IMG/VR virus record: IMGVR_UViG_3300017763_004709
Location: 1 to 64,000 of that record
Strand: one strand, 5' to 3'
Source of the DNA: a virus
DNA: 64,000 bases
A program made the translations under genes and the position numbers. Below the pieces are notes generated by a model, which was not told the DNA's origin, made no database searches, and saw nothing but the letters and a program-made list of their open reading frames with translations. Below are positions 48,786 to 58,414 of the stretch, piece by piece. Each line of letters opens with the position of its first letter. The stretch's first letter is position 1.

Positions 48786-49853
48786 ATGGAATATTTCAAT
48801 AAAACTAGTGAAGACTGGCGTATTTCTCAATGCTGTCAGTTCCATGATAAAGCAAAAGCTAAATCTTACAATTTTGGAACTACTACTAAAACTTATGCTC
48901 TAAAAGAGGGCGGAAAAGAAAGAGTGCAACAAAAAGCTTTACATAATTGTAATCAGCTTTTATCTGTGCTAAAAAATCATTTCCCTACACAACCTAAAAA
49001 TCTAAGAGCTTGGAGAATATCTTCAGAGCTTTTTCCTTGCTACACTTTAGATTTTACTAAGCCTTGGTACGAAGAAATTTGGGATGACATTTGTGCTATA
49101 CTAGAAGAATGCGGTAGACTAGCAAAAAAACATGAAGTAAGACTCAGTGTGCATCCTGGACAGTATACTGTTCTAGCGTCTAACAAAGCTGAGGTAGTAG
49201 AAAACTCTATTAAAGATTTAGAGTATCATGCTCTATATGGTAGTTTGATGGGATTACCCGCTAAAGACTTTGTAATGAATATTCATCTTCAGGGTCTATA
49301 TGGAGGAAAGCACGAAGACGGCATAAAGCGTTTTGCTACTAATTTTCATTACCTATCTGACTACGCCCAACAGTGTCTTACTGTAGAAAATGAAGATAAA
49401 CCTAATGGTTATGATATAAGACATACTATAGAGCTATCTAAGCGTGTACCTATTCGCTGTTGTTTAGACACTCACCATTATGCATGCCATAGAATGAGAG
49501 AGTCGGAAAAAGTTGTACTAGAAGGCAAAACTGTTAATAGGAAGATTAGGGATGTAGAACATATTACTTATACCCATGAGTACTTTGCAGAGGCTGTAGT
49601 ATCTTGGAAAGGGGTTAGACCTTTATTTCACGTGTCTCAATCTTTCCCTCCAGAAAATTCTGCCTATTGGATGAAGCCTAATGCTCACTCAGAAGTATTC
49701 TGGGATGAAGAACTTATGGCAAATCATGTGCCTATGTTACAGTATGCAGACTTTGATATAGAAGCTAAACATAAAGAAGTAGCCGTACTAGGTTTTTACA
49801 ATTTTATAAAAGAAGAAGAAGAGCTAGCAGGAGAGCCCTTAGTAGCAATATGA
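48786..49853 (+). CDS. uvsE: UV damage endonuclease UvdE/UvsE
   Basis: RISSELFP, RLSVHPGQYTVL, VENED, LDTHH, DIEAKHKE. Confidence 0.92.
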   Translation: MEYFNKTSEDWRISQCCQFHDKAKAKSYNFGTTTKTYALKEGGKERVQQKALHNCNQLLSVLKNHFPTQPKNLRAWRISSELFPCYTLDFTKPWYEEIWDDICAILEECGRLAKKHEVRLSVHPGQYTVLASNKAEVVENSIKDLEYHALYGSLMGLPAKDFVMNIHLQGLYGGKHEDGIKRFATNFHYLSDYAQQCLTVENEDKPNGYDIRHTIELSKRVPIRCCLDTHHYACHRMRESEKVVLEGKTVNRKIRDVEHITYTHEYFAEAVVSWKGVRPLFHVSQSFPPENSAYWMKPNAHSEVFWDEELMANHVPMLQYADFDIEAKHKEVAVLGFYNFIKEEEELAGEPLVAI

Positions 49854-50122
49854 TAGATTATAAATTTAATGAAGATCAATATATAAAAGAATTTAAAAAG
49901 TATGTTGATTCCACTTATAACCAACACTATTCTAATAATAAATTTCAATCTACTGAAGTAATTATTGATAGAGGTCATGGAACAGGTTTCTGTATGGGAA
50001 GTATAGATAAATACTCTAATAGGTATGGTAAGAAGGGCACTGTAGAAGATGCTCGTAAAGATTTAATGAAGATATTACACTATACTCTACTTCAGCTGTA
50101 TATACACGATAGTAACTATTAG
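49850..50122 (+). CDS. DUF3310-like protein
   Basis: TYNQHY, GFCMG..KY..RYGKK...DLMK..HY. Confidence 0.7.
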   Translation: MIDYKFNEDQYIKEFKKYVDSTYNQHYSNNKFQSTEVIIDRGHGTGFCMGSIDKYSNRYGKKGTVEDARKDLMKILHYTLLQLYIHDSNY

Positions 50123-50133
50123 AGGAGTTATTA

Positions 50134-50529
50134 ATGACTAAATATTTATTTAGGAACCCAGAAGTTCCTGGGCAAATTGAACGAGAAATAATTGCTAGAA
50201 ATCTAGTAAGAAATTTAGAGAAACTAGGTAAGTTTCAAATAGAGCAATTATCTGGGGAAAGCTGGACACATTTAAAAATACATGCCCCTGATAATTTACT
50301 TAAAATATTTAAAGGAATAAAAAGTACTAAATATAAACCTATTATAAAAGGTAAACACGTATTTATGTATATAGATAGTAATGTTACGTCATTAGACGTG
50401 AGAATGTTTATAGGAGAGTTAATAGCGTGTATAAATACTAAGAATAATAAATTATCTCATAGAATTAGAAGAAAAATAGGAATTTTTCTATTTAATTTAG
50501 CAAAACTAATATATAAACCTAAAAAATAA
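50134..50529 (+). CDS. Hypothetical protein
   Basis: GAGGAG RBS. Confidence 0.6.
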   Translation: MTKYLFRNPEVPGQIEREIIARNLVRNLEKLGKFQIEQLSGESWTHLKIHAPDNLLKIFKGIKSTKYKPIIKGKHVFMYIDSNVTSLDVRMFIGELIACINTKNNKLSHRIRRKIGIFLFNLAKLIYKPKK

Positions 50530-50538
50530 GGAATAACT

Positions 50539-50808
50539 ATGTCAGAAGATAAAGATGTCAAAAAACCTATAAAAGCTATTAACCCAGAAGATGTAGCAGA
50601 ACAGTTAGATATTATTGTATCTTTCTTAGGCGCAATAGAAAGCTCCAGAGACGAAATTAATAAAAGAGTAAAGCATTTAAAAGAAGAATACGGATTACAA
50701 TCCACAGCTGTTAGAGCTGCTGCGACTGTTCTACATAAGCAAAATCAAGAACAGTTAGATGAAAAAGAGTCTCAAATTAGAAACATTTTAGATATTTGTA
50801 AAGGTTAG
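50539..50808 (+). CDS. T4 DsbA/GapR-like dsDNA-binding protein
   Basis: IE..RDEI...VK.LKEEYGL...HKQN helical pattern. Confidence 0.55.
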   Translation: MSEDKDVKKPIKAINPEDVAEQLDIIVSFLGAIESSRDEINKRVKHLKEEYGLQSTAVRAAATVLHKQNQEQLDEKESQIRNILDICKG

Positions 50809-50811
50809 AAT

Positions 50812-51621
50812 ATGTCTAGCATAGTACTGGTTACTGGAGGTTTTGACCCTCTTCATTCTGGCCATATAGCTTACTTTAAAGAAGCTAAAAGGTTAGGACA
50901 AAAATTAGTGGTCGGACTAAATAGTGATGATTGGCTAACAAGAAAAAAAGGTAGACCCTTTATGAGCTGGTCTGAAAGAGCTGAGATACTTGAAAATATA
51001 AGCTGTATTGACAGAGTTATTAAATTTAATGACTTAGACGATACTGCTAATGACGCTATATATAAAACTTTAAAAATGTCTCCTGATAGTAGAATAATTT
51101 TTGCTAATGGAGGAGATAGATCTATAGGTAATACTCCTGAAGAAAAAACTTATGGAGGAGTACCTTGGGTTAGGTTTGAATGGGGAATAGGAGGAGAGAA
51201 TAAAGTAAATAGTTCTTCTTGGATTCTAGACAAATGGAAAACTCAAAAAACAGAAAGAGATTGGGGGTACTGGAGAGTTTTAGATGATAAACAACCAGCA
51301 TTACCTCAAAAGATAAAAGAGCTAGTTATTTATCCTAATTGTAGCTTATCTGATCAAAAACATTTAGATCGCTCAGAACATTGGTATGTATTAGAGGGAG
51401 ATTTACAAATAGAACTAGAATATCCAGATGCTACTTGGAAAACAATGATTCTTAGCCCTCATACTACTTTTGTTATACCTACTAATACTTGGCATAAAAC
51501 TACCAATATTGGTAGTTTTAACGCTCATGTTCTTGAAGTACAATACGGAACTAAATGTATTGAGTCAGACATTGAGCGAAGGCAGATACTTAATGAAAAG
51601 AATAAACGAGACGACATATAA
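50812..51621 (+). CDS. Cytidylyltransferase-like domain fused to a cupin
   Basis: TGGFDPLHSGH, FANGGDR, NSSSWIL; WGYWRVL..RSEHW..EVQYG. Confidence 0.85.
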   Translation: MSSIVLVTGGFDPLHSGHIAYFKEAKRLGQKLVVGLNSDDWLTRKKGRPFMSWSERAEILENISCIDRVIKFNDLDDTANDAIYKTLKMSPDSRIIFANGGDRSIGNTPEEKTYGGVPWVRFEWGIGGENKVNSSSWILDKWKTQKTERDWGYWRVLDDKQPALPQKIKELVIYPNCSLSDQKHLDRSEHWYVLEGDLQIELEYPDATWKTMILSPHTTFVIPTNTWHKTTNIGSFNAHVLEVQYGTKCIESDIERRQILNEKNKRDDI

Positions 51622-52087
51622 TCAGTCTACCTATCCTACAGAGGTAGAAAACTTAATAATAGAACATCTAGATAAGACAGATAAATTAATATTCAGCTGG
51701 GGAAGAGATAGTTCTACTTTTTGGCTAGCTAGACGATGTACTTCTATGTGTGTAGTAGAACATGATCTTGCATCCTTTAATGCAACAAAAGACTTTTTAT
51801 CTTTCAAAAACATTAATAATATAAAGACTAAGTATTCAAAAGAAAACTATGTAGATAGTATCAAAGAGTATCCAAGTAATATATTTGATACTATCATTAT
51901 AGATGAGCATGAAAAAGAAAAGTGTTTTGTGTCTGCAATATCAGAAGCTAGATCAGGAGGTATTATAATAGCTCCTTATCTCAATATAGATTTATTAGAA
52001 GAATACTCTAACAGAGTTAAAAGCTACTCATCTTTCTCAGGAAAAGGGTATATAAATGAAGAAACGGTTATTATCCGGAAAAAATAA
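51593..52087 (+). CDS. Degenerate SAM-methyltransferase-like protein
   Basis: WG..SSTFWLA, VEHD, FDTIIID, GGII; start moved to ATG 51593. Confidence 0.55.
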   Translation: MKRINETTYNQSTYPTEVENLIIEHLDKTDKLIFSWGRDSSTFWLARRCTSMCVVEHDLASFNATKDFLSFKNINNIKTKYSKENYVDSIKEYPSNIFDTIIIDEHEKEKCFVSAISEARSGGIIIAPYLNIDLLEEYSNRVKSYSSFSGKGYINEETVIIRKK

Positions 52088-52463
52088 AACTATTCCTTTT
52101 ATACCTTTTTATATAAGAAGAGCAGGAGGATGGGTAATACCTACTGCTTATGATATATTTACAGATAAAAAAAGTTTAATCATTTTTTTAAAAGGTGCAT
52201 ATATAGATAGTAAATTATTAGTTCATTATGATGATTCTGATTTAATATCAAATTATAATAATACTTATTGTTGTTGTCCTAATGACTCTTATGTAATGAA
52301 TCAATGGGCTACCGACTTAAATATTAAAAATATAGATATGTTACCTGACGGTAATAAAGAGTTTTTTGACTATTTAGACTTACTAGAAAAAGAAACTCCT
52401 ATACGCCAAAAGGTAGAAATAAGTAATTCAGAAATAAAATATTTAGGAGATGTACGTGTCTAA
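52056..52463 (+). CDS. Degenerate peroxiredoxin (Prx5)-like protein
   Basis: NDSYVMNQW...LPDGNKEF; lacks the PGAFTPTC active site. Confidence 0.55.
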   Translation: MKKRLLSGKNKTIPFIPFYIRRAGGWVIPTAYDIFTDKKSLIIFLKGAYIDSKLLVHYDDSDLISNYNNTYCCCPNDSYVMNQWATDLNIKNIDMLPDGNKEFFDYLDLLEKETPIRQKVEISNSEIKYLGDVRV

Positions 52464-52716
52464 AGTTATAGTTTATTCTTTACCTAGCTGTATAGCATCT
52501 AATGATTTTATTATATACTGTAAGAGTAAGGTACGTGACTTAGAAACCTATGTAGTAAAAGACTCTTCGTGGCCTCAGATTAGGCATGATGTAACTATAG
52601 ACTCTTTAGAAAGTAAGTATAATAGAAAATTTTTTAGTTATCCTATTATATATATAAACAATCAATATGTAAATTCAATACAAGAAGCAAAGAAGATTAT
52701 AACAAAAGGACTATAA
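52450..52716 (+). CDS. Glutaredoxin-fold protein
   Basis: VYSLPSCIAS, SYPIIYINNQYV. Confidence 0.55.
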   Translation: MYVSKVIVYSLPSCIASNDFIIYCKSKVRDLETYVVKDSSWPQIRHDVTIDSLESKYNRKFFSYPIIYINNQYVNSIQEAKKIITKGL

Positions 52717-52717
52717 T

Positions 52718-52945
52718 ATGGATATACTTATATACTCTAAAACAAATTGTAACTTTTGTGTGAAGGCAAAAAATTTATTAAATGTAAAAAATCTAGAATT
52801 CACTGAGAAGGTACTAGATAAAGACTTCACTAAAGAACAATTATTAGAGATACTACCTAATGTAAAAACCTTGCCACAAATACAAATAAATGGCAAGCAT
52901 ATAGGCGGTTATAGAGAATTAGAAAGCTATTTAAATACTAATTAA
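52718..52945 (+). CDS. Glutaredoxin
   Basis: CNFC, TLPQI, HIGGY. Confidence 0.92.
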   Translation: MDILIYSKTNCNFCVKAKNLLNVKNLEFTEKVLDKDFTKEQLLEILPNVKTLPQIQINGKHIGGYRELESYLNTN

Positions 52946-52958
52946 TGTAACTTATTAG

Positions 52959-52987
52959 TTGCTTAATAGTTTATATTTAATTATTAT
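52959..52987 (+). promoter_or_regulatory. Promoter, probably for a leaderless transcript
   Basis: TTGCTT-N17-TATTAT, 6 nt before ATG 52994. Confidence 0.65.
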
Positions 52988-52993
52988 TGTATA

Positions 52994-53344
52994 ATGGAAA
53001 ATTTATTTAGCGCTTTTATACTATTGTTTTTTGTTATACTTCCTTTGGTAGCTATATTCAGCTTTACATCAAAGGTAACAAGTGGTATATATTACTGGGC
53101 AGATTCTCAGCACCCACAAGAAACCTACGATTACACAGAACAGCGGGCATTCCCAAAAACTACTACACCCCTTATTAAGGATTCTCCTCTAGTATTGAAA
53201 TACCCATTAGCAAAATCAGATAAAAATAAAATGGAAGATTATTTAGGGTACTCACTAGAATATGAAGATTCTAGTGAATTCAAAAACTTTTTAGATAATA
53301 ATGACTTTGATGTTAGGGAGCATTTAAAAGTTAAAAAAGGATGA
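52994..53344 (+). CDS. Hypothetical membrane-anchored protein
   Basis: N-terminal TM helix. Confidence 0.6.
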   Translation: MENLFSAFILLFFVILPLVAIFSFTSKVTSGIYYWADSQHPQETYDYTEQRAFPKTTTPLIKDSPLVLKYPLAKSDKNKMEDYLGYSLEYEDSSEFKNFLDNNDFDVREHLKVKKG

Positions 53345-53348
53345 TTTT

Positions 53349-53558
53349 ATGTACAATAAAGAATTTAAACTAGATATAAGAGACATAGAAATAATTGAAC
53401 AAGCTCTAGAAGCTAAAGTAGCTCGTAGGGCTGCTTCTTTATTGATCGACTCCGACTCAAAAAAACAGTTAGAACTAAGAGAGATAAGAGAGTTATTAGG
53501 AAGAATTTCTTATCAAAAGAACTGGTACAGACCTAAAAAAGGATATATAAGTGGATGA
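53349..53558 (+). CDS. Hypothetical protein
   Basis: AAGGA RBS; QKNWYRPK C-terminus. Confidence 0.6.
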   Translation: MYNKEFKLDIRDIEIIEQALEAKVARRAASLLIDSDSKKQLELREIRELLGRISYQKNWYRPKKGYISG

Positions 53559-53695
53559 GTATATATGTTAAAACAGGTTTCTATATTATATGTCTTACCT
53601 TTTCTATTATAGCTACTCAGCAGATGCTAACTTTTAGCGGAGAGGCTTTTAACGTCTTAACCTCTATAGGGCAAGAACTAGATAAATTACCTTGA
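53555..53695 (+). CDS. Small hydrophobic protein (46 aa; not in ORF track)
   Basis: ATGA-coupled; MSIYVKTGFYIICLTF... Confidence 0.45.
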   Translation: MSIYVKTGFYIICLTFSIIATQQMLTFSGEAFNVLTSIGQELDKLP

Positions 53696-53720
53696 CAATT
53701 ATTAATAATTAAGATATAGT
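53692..53720 (+). promoter_or_regulatory. Sigma70-type promoter
   Basis: TTGACA-N17-TATAGT. Confidence 0.75.
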
Positions 53721-53743
53721 AAGTATATACAAGAAAGGTTACT

Positions 53744-55483
53744 ATGAAACAAGATTATAATTCTCTGCTAAATACAGTTAAGCATCATTCTAAACTGTAT
53801 TATGACGATAACGCCCCTATATTATCTGACTATGAATATGATCAGCTATATGACAGACTGAGTTCTATAGAGCTTAGACAAGGATGGGCAGACTCGTCTA
53901 GCCCTACAGTAAGAGTAGGAAACTCTAAAGGTAAAATTAAGCACCCTTTCCCTTTATACTCTTTAAAAAAAGTATATGAACAAGATGAAATAGATCCCGA
54001 ATTTATAATTGAGACTATAAAAATCGATGGAACTAACCTGTCTGTAACTTACGATGAAAAAGGTAATTTACTTCATGCACTTACTAGAGGTGATGGAGAG
54101 TTTGGTGAAAATGTAACTCATCTAGTAGATTATATTGCTTCTATACCTCTTACTGTTCCTGCACAAAACAAAATAATTACTGTTATAGGAGAAGTAGTAA
54201 CTGATAAAGAAAACGTACAAAACTTTAGAAACTTTGTAAGCGGTTCTCTCGGTATAAAAAACGCTGAGGAGATTATAGATAGATCTTTACGTTTTATAGT
54301 TCATGACGTTGCAGGTATAGAAGAAGATTATTCTATAAGAGTTAAGAGTCTTCACAGTTTCGGGTTTGTATCTACTTTCAATTGGGATTGCTCTTCTTAT
54401 CCTAGTGATGGTATTGTTTATCGAGTAGACTCCTATAAAAGAGAAAAATTATTAGGAACAACCTCTAAATATCCTAGATATGCTGTAGCCTTAAAAACTA
54501 GAGGGGCTATGACAGCAGTAACTACCATTCAAGATATTTTTTGGAGTATTGGTAGAACAGGAGTTGTTACTCCTGTAGCAGTAGTAGATCCTGTAAATAT
54601 TGACGATGCTACTATATCTAGAGTAATACTTCATAATATTGACTTCATAGAACAACACGAGCTTGGACTGGGAGATGAAATACTTATTGAAAGACAAATT
54701 ACTCCACAATTCGTAAAGGTGCTATCTAAATCTAAATTTGCTAGATTCTGTGTAGCAGATGCAGAAAAAAAACTAGGGCTAAAACTATATAGAGAAGGTC
54801 CTAAACTTTTTACTTCTGCTAAAGACGGTAACAAATCTGTAGAGTATTTTGTTAAACAGCTAGGCATTAAAGGCTTAGGCCCTGCATGGATTCAAAAATT
54901 AGATTTAACTCATCCTAATGACTTATTTAAGGAAGAAGTTCCTTGGGAACATATGGGTAAAAACGGTGAAAAAGTATTAGAAGAGCTATCTAGACCTAAA
55001 GAGTACTACTCTGTATTAGGAGCTTTAGGCATACCTGGAGTGGGCAAAAATACTGCTAAGCGTATTACTCAAAAAATACCTTCCTTTGATAGATTAAGAG
55101 AAATAGAGTATGAAGATATTAACGGAATAGGGCCTAAAACAGTTGATAGCATACTGGCCTGGTTAGATGTTAATGAGTCCTGGGTTAAGAGCTTACCTTA
55201 TTCTCTAACGGCTTCTACTTTTGTAGAAGAGGCTACTAATAACTTAACAGTAGCTGTATCAGGTAAGCTAGACATGACAAAGCAAGATTTATCAGATCAT
55301 TTACAAGATCTTAATATAGTGCTCAAAGATAGAGTAACTAAAGATATAGATTATTTAATTAGCTCTGGAGAAGAAACTTCTAAAGTAGCTAAAGCTAGAC
55401 AGTATAATATTCCTATTATAAATTACTGGCAGAATAAAAAATACATCTTAAGAGGAGAGCTAACTCATGGCGGAAGTTATTGA
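53744..55483 (+). CDS. ligA: NAD-dependent DNA ligase
   Basis: SDYEYD, KIDG, TRGDG..GENVT, IGRTGVVTPVA, HhH and BRCT regions. Confidence 0.95.
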   Translation: MKQDYNSLLNTVKHHSKLYYDDNAPILSDYEYDQLYDRLSSIELRQGWADSSSPTVRVGNSKGKIKHPFPLYSLKKVYEQDEIDPEFIIETIKIDGTNLSVTYDEKGNLLHALTRGDGEFGENVTHLVDYIASIPLTVPAQNKIITVIGEVVTDKENVQNFRNFVSGSLGIKNAEEIIDRSLRFIVHDVAGIEEDYSIRVKSLHSFGFVSTFNWDCSSYPSDGIVYRVDSYKREKLLGTTSKYPRYAVALKTRGAMTAVTTIQDIFWSIGRTGVVTPVAVVDPVNIDDATISRVILHNIDFIEQHELGLGDEILIERQITPQFVKVLSKSKFARFCVADAEKKLGLKLYREGPKLFTSAKDGNKSVEYFVKQLGIKGLGPAWIQKLDLTHPNDLFKEEVPWEHMGKNGEKVLEELSRPKEYYSVLGALGIPGVGKNTAKRITQKIPSFDRLREIEYEDINGIGPKTVDSILAWLDVNESWVKSLPYSLTASTFVEEATNNLTVAVSGKLDMTKQDLSDHLQDLNIVLKDRVTKDIDYLISSGEETSKVAKARQYNIPIINYWQNKKYILRGELTHGGSY

Positions 55484-55805
55484 TTTTTTACAGAGATCTA
55501 AACAAATAAAGCAATCTTATATAGACGAAGATATAGATATAGAAGATGCTAAGGTAATAAGTAAAGACATATTTTATGAAACCTTAATGACTTTAGAGGA
55601 GTTAGGCTATTCTCCTAACCAAAATTCTCAGTTATTAAAAGATTTAGAAGCTTTATGTTTTATATCTTGTGCTATGATATTTAGAGCGCATAACAATAAA
55701 CATCCTGCTAATAGACTACTAGATGCAGCTTTTAAAGACTTAGAAAATACTATAGAAGTTGTGGGAGAATCTTTACATGCCGAAAATGATAATAAGATTC
55801 AGTGA
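55467..55805 (+). CDS. Hypothetical protein
   Basis: GAGGAG RBS. Confidence 0.6.
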   Translation: MAEVIDFLQRSKQIKQSYIDEDIDIEDAKVISKDIFYETLMTLEELGYSPNQNSQLLKDLEALCFISCAMIFRAHNNKHPANRLLDAAFKDLENTIEVVGESLHAENDNKIQ

Positions 55806-56046
55806 TTCTGGATTAACTAAGCAAGAAGCTAAAGAATTTGCGACTGAGCATAATGCAGATCTATCTGCGTATCGTAATGATAGTAAATCTAAACAATCTT
55901 TTCTTGACTTAACACTAGAAGACCATTATTATGGTAACGAAGTTTTAGAAATGTATAGTGATCAGGCGCAAGGTTATCTTCAGTTTGATGACGGTACCGT
56001 TAGTAGACACTTTATAAGACGAGAAAGAAATTTTACTGAAGATTAG
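55777..56046 (+). CDS. Hypothetical protein
   Basis: GGGAG RBS before ATG 55777. Confidence 0.55.
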   Translation: MPKMIIRFSDSGLTKQEAKEFATEHNADLSAYRNDSKSKQSFLDLTLEDHYYGNEVLEMYSDQAQGYLQFDDGTVSRHFIRRERNFTED

Positions 56047-56055
56047 TACAAAAGG

Positions 56056-56334
56056 ATGAACAATATGTATAATTTAATTAAAAACTTAACTACTAAAGAA
56101 GAAGTTAAAAAAGTATTAAGAGCAAATGATGCTGGAGCCTCTTTAGAAAAAAGCTTAACTGATAGGTGGTTAGCAGAAAAAGAAGCAGCAGATATTGCAG
56201 CAGAGCAAAAAACTATTGCCCCCACACAGAATGTAGTAAAAAAAGCTACATTAGCTGCAGATAAATTGGTAACTACTAAGGTTTCTGAGAGTATTACAGA
56301 GTATAAAATGCCTAAAGAAACTGACCCCGAATAA
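56056..56334 (+). CDS. Hypothetical protein
   Basis: ORF. Confidence 0.55.
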   Translation: MNNMYNLIKNLTTKEEVKKVLRANDAGASLEKSLTDRWLAEKEAADIAAEQKTIAPTQNVVKKATLAADKLVTTKVSESITEYKMPKETDPE

Positions 56335-56389
56335 CTTACTAATTTAACTTTTTTATTTACATAAACTTATTTATTTGATATATTTATTA

Positions 56390-56508
56390 TAGTTTCTTTT
56401 AGTGTTGTCTTCGGAGACCTAAAACAAACTACTAGCCCTATAGGGCAACAAGCAGTAATAAACAAGAATACTGCTATTATAATCTTGCTTATTAAAAGGA
56501 GAAAATTA
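56390..56508 (+). promoter_or_regulatory. Structured 5' leader of the hsp20 operon
   Basis: Three hairpins plus loop pairing near the RBS; upstream TTTACA-N17-TATATT. Confidence 0.45.
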
Positions 56509-56730
56509 ATGATGAGTTCGTATATAACAGATTGGGGAATTGATTCCCTTCAAAATACAAAAAAATACTATGTAGATGCATTAGTAAAGGAAGAGTCTTT
56601 ATCAAAACCTTTACACTCATTTATAGACGCCCAAACAGAGTTTACTAAATCTGCATTTAAGTCTGTAGACTTATTTGTTCAAGCTTTAGGAGAGTCAGCA
56701 CAAAGTTTTGCTAAAGGAGGTCTAAAATGA
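56509..56730 (+). CDS. Small helical protein (phasin-like pattern)
   Basis: AAGGAG RBS; IDSLQNTKK...FIDAQTEFTK. Confidence 0.55.
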   Translation: MMSSYITDWGIDSLQNTKKYYVDALVKEESLSKPLHSFIDAQTEFTKSAFKSVDLFVQALGESAQSFAKGGLK

Positions 56731-57161
56731 ATATGAGAAATGCTTCTTTATTAGATATCAATAAATTTACCCCCTATGCGGTAGGATTTGATCGTCTTTT
56801 CGATCAGATGAATAAGTATTTAGACAACCAGGCACAAAGTACTGGGTATCCTCCGTATAATATAACTAATGTCAATAATCAATATACTATTGAGATAGCC
56901 TTAGCGGGAGTATCTAAAGAAGATATTGATATGGTAGTCACTGATAATGTACTATCTATTTCGTATAAACCTGATCAAAGTGATAATAACGCCGATTCGT
57001 GGGTGTACAGAGGTATAGCTAATAGAGGATTTACCCGTAAGTTTACTATTGCAGACGACATAGAAGTAAAAGACGCTCGTATGAGTAATGGATTACTTAG
57101 CGTGGTACTAGAAAGAATAGTTCCAGACACTAAAAAACCAAAAAAAATTGATATTTCGTAA
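56727..57161 (+). CDS. Small heat shock protein Hsp20 (IbpA-like)
   Basis: VGFDRLF, YPPYNI, RGIA.R.F.R.F, NGLL. Confidence 0.95.
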   Translation: MNMRNASLLDINKFTPYAVGFDRLFDQMNKYLDNQAQSTGYPPYNITNVNNQYTIEIALAGVSKEDIDMVVTDNVLSISYKPDQSDNNADSWVYRGIANRGFTRKFTIADDIEVKDARMSNGLLSVVLERIVPDTKKPKKIDIS

Positions 57162-57175
57162 AAATAAATAACAAG

Positions 57176-57201
57176 TAAGGGTCCCTATTAGGGGGCCCTT
57201 A
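57176..57201 (+). terminator. Hairpin/terminator after hsp20
   Basis: TAAGGGTCCC...GGGCCCTTA. Confidence 0.6.
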
Positions 57202-57225
57202 TCTATAACTTATAATGAGTATTCT

Positions 57226-57552
57226 ATGATAAAAAAACACTTTTCAGACTTAGACAGATTAATGTTCACTAGAGAGAATAAGTATACTAAATCTTTTAAT
57301 AAAGATAAAACTTCTTCTCCTATAATGTATCAAGTACTTAAATTTATAGACTTAGAACATCCTAATATTAAAAAAATATTAAATTGGTGCTCAGAGAACT
57401 GTAAATTTAGATATGATATATGTCAGTGGCATTTAGGATATGATAATAATATATTTTTAAGATTCCACTCTAAGGAAGACTATAACAACTTTTATACTTT
57501 TTATGATTCTAACTTTTTTTCTAGAATAGACGTTAGAATAGGAGACAGATAA
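57226..57552 (+). CDS. Hypothetical protein
   Basis: ORF. Confidence 0.55.
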   Translation: MIKKHFSDLDRLMFTRENKYTKSFNKDKTSSPIMYQVLKFIDLEHPNIKKILNWCSENCKFRYDICQWHLGYDNNIFLRFHSKEDYNNFYTFYDSNFFSRIDVRIGDR

Positions 57553-57553
57553 A

Positions 57554-57901
57554 TTGGAAACTAATATTGTTAACTCACAGCAAATGCTTCAAGGAAACTC
57601 TAGTATGCCTATGAATGAAGGTGATAAGTCTGTACAAGGTAATTCAAAAAACATGCCTTTTAATCCTAATACTTTTCCTAATGCAGAAAATATCAGACCC
57701 CCAAATACAGAAGAAAGAAGAGTAGTAGAACCCTCTACTCGAGCAGCTGTTATATTGAAAAAGTTTCAAGAGCTGCAATATATGTGGAAAGATTATAACA
57801 GTAAACTAAACGATAGGAGTTACGCAGAAAAAGCCTATCTAAGAGAAGAGTATGCTTTAAAATTAAGCGGTCGAGAATCAACAGTAGATATTAGTGTGTA
57901 A
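57554..57901 (+). CDS. Hypothetical protein (TTG start)
   Basis: AGGAG RBS; short internal QGNSxxMP repeat. Confidence 0.55.
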   Translation: METNIVNSQQMLQGNSSMPMNEGDKSVQGNSKNMPFNPNTFPNAENIRPPNTEERRVVEPSTRAAVILKKFQELQYMWKDYNSKLNDRSYAEKAYLREEYALKLSGRESTVDISV

Positions 57902-58408
57902 ATGAAAATAATAAATTTTGAAAATAAACAGTATCCTGCTTTTCAAGCTACTGGAAATGCAGCTAGATTTGCTATTCCTTTTGCTAAAGAGCTTATAGGA
58001 TTAGACAAAGTAGGTTATGATATAGGGTGTATGAAAAAAGAATGGTCTTATCCAGGGTCTATAAATATAGACATAGATATAGACGACCCTTGGGACGCCT
58101 ATAATTTACCTGATTTAGAAGTAGATTATATATTTTCTTCTCACTGCTTAGAGCACTTGCCTGATTGGGTAGGAGCTTTAGACTATTGGAATTCTAAACT
58201 AAAAATAGGAGGAATTTTATTTTTGTATCTACCTCATAAGAGTCAGAAATACTGGAATCCTTGGAACAATAGAAAACATTATCACATGTTTTCTTCTTCA
58301 CAGTTTAATAAATATTTTAAAAGTAAAAGTAAAAACTGGACTAATACATTTGTAACAAAAGGTCATGATTTAAATAACAGCTTCTACTGTGTAGCAAAAA
58401 AATACTGA
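57902..58408 (+). CDS. Class I SAM-dependent methyltransferase
   Basis: GYDIGC, DYIFSSHCLEH, LKIGGILFLYLP. Confidence 0.85.
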   Translation: MKIINFENKQYPAFQATGNAARFAIPFAKELIGLDKVGYDIGCMKKEWSYPGSINIDIDIDDPWDAYNLPDLEVDYIFSSHCLEHLPDWVGALDYWNSKLKIGGILFLYLPHKSQKYWNPWNNRKHYHMFSSSQFNKYFKSKSKNWTNTFVTKGHDLNNSFYCVAKKY

Positions 58409-58414
58409 TAGTAT

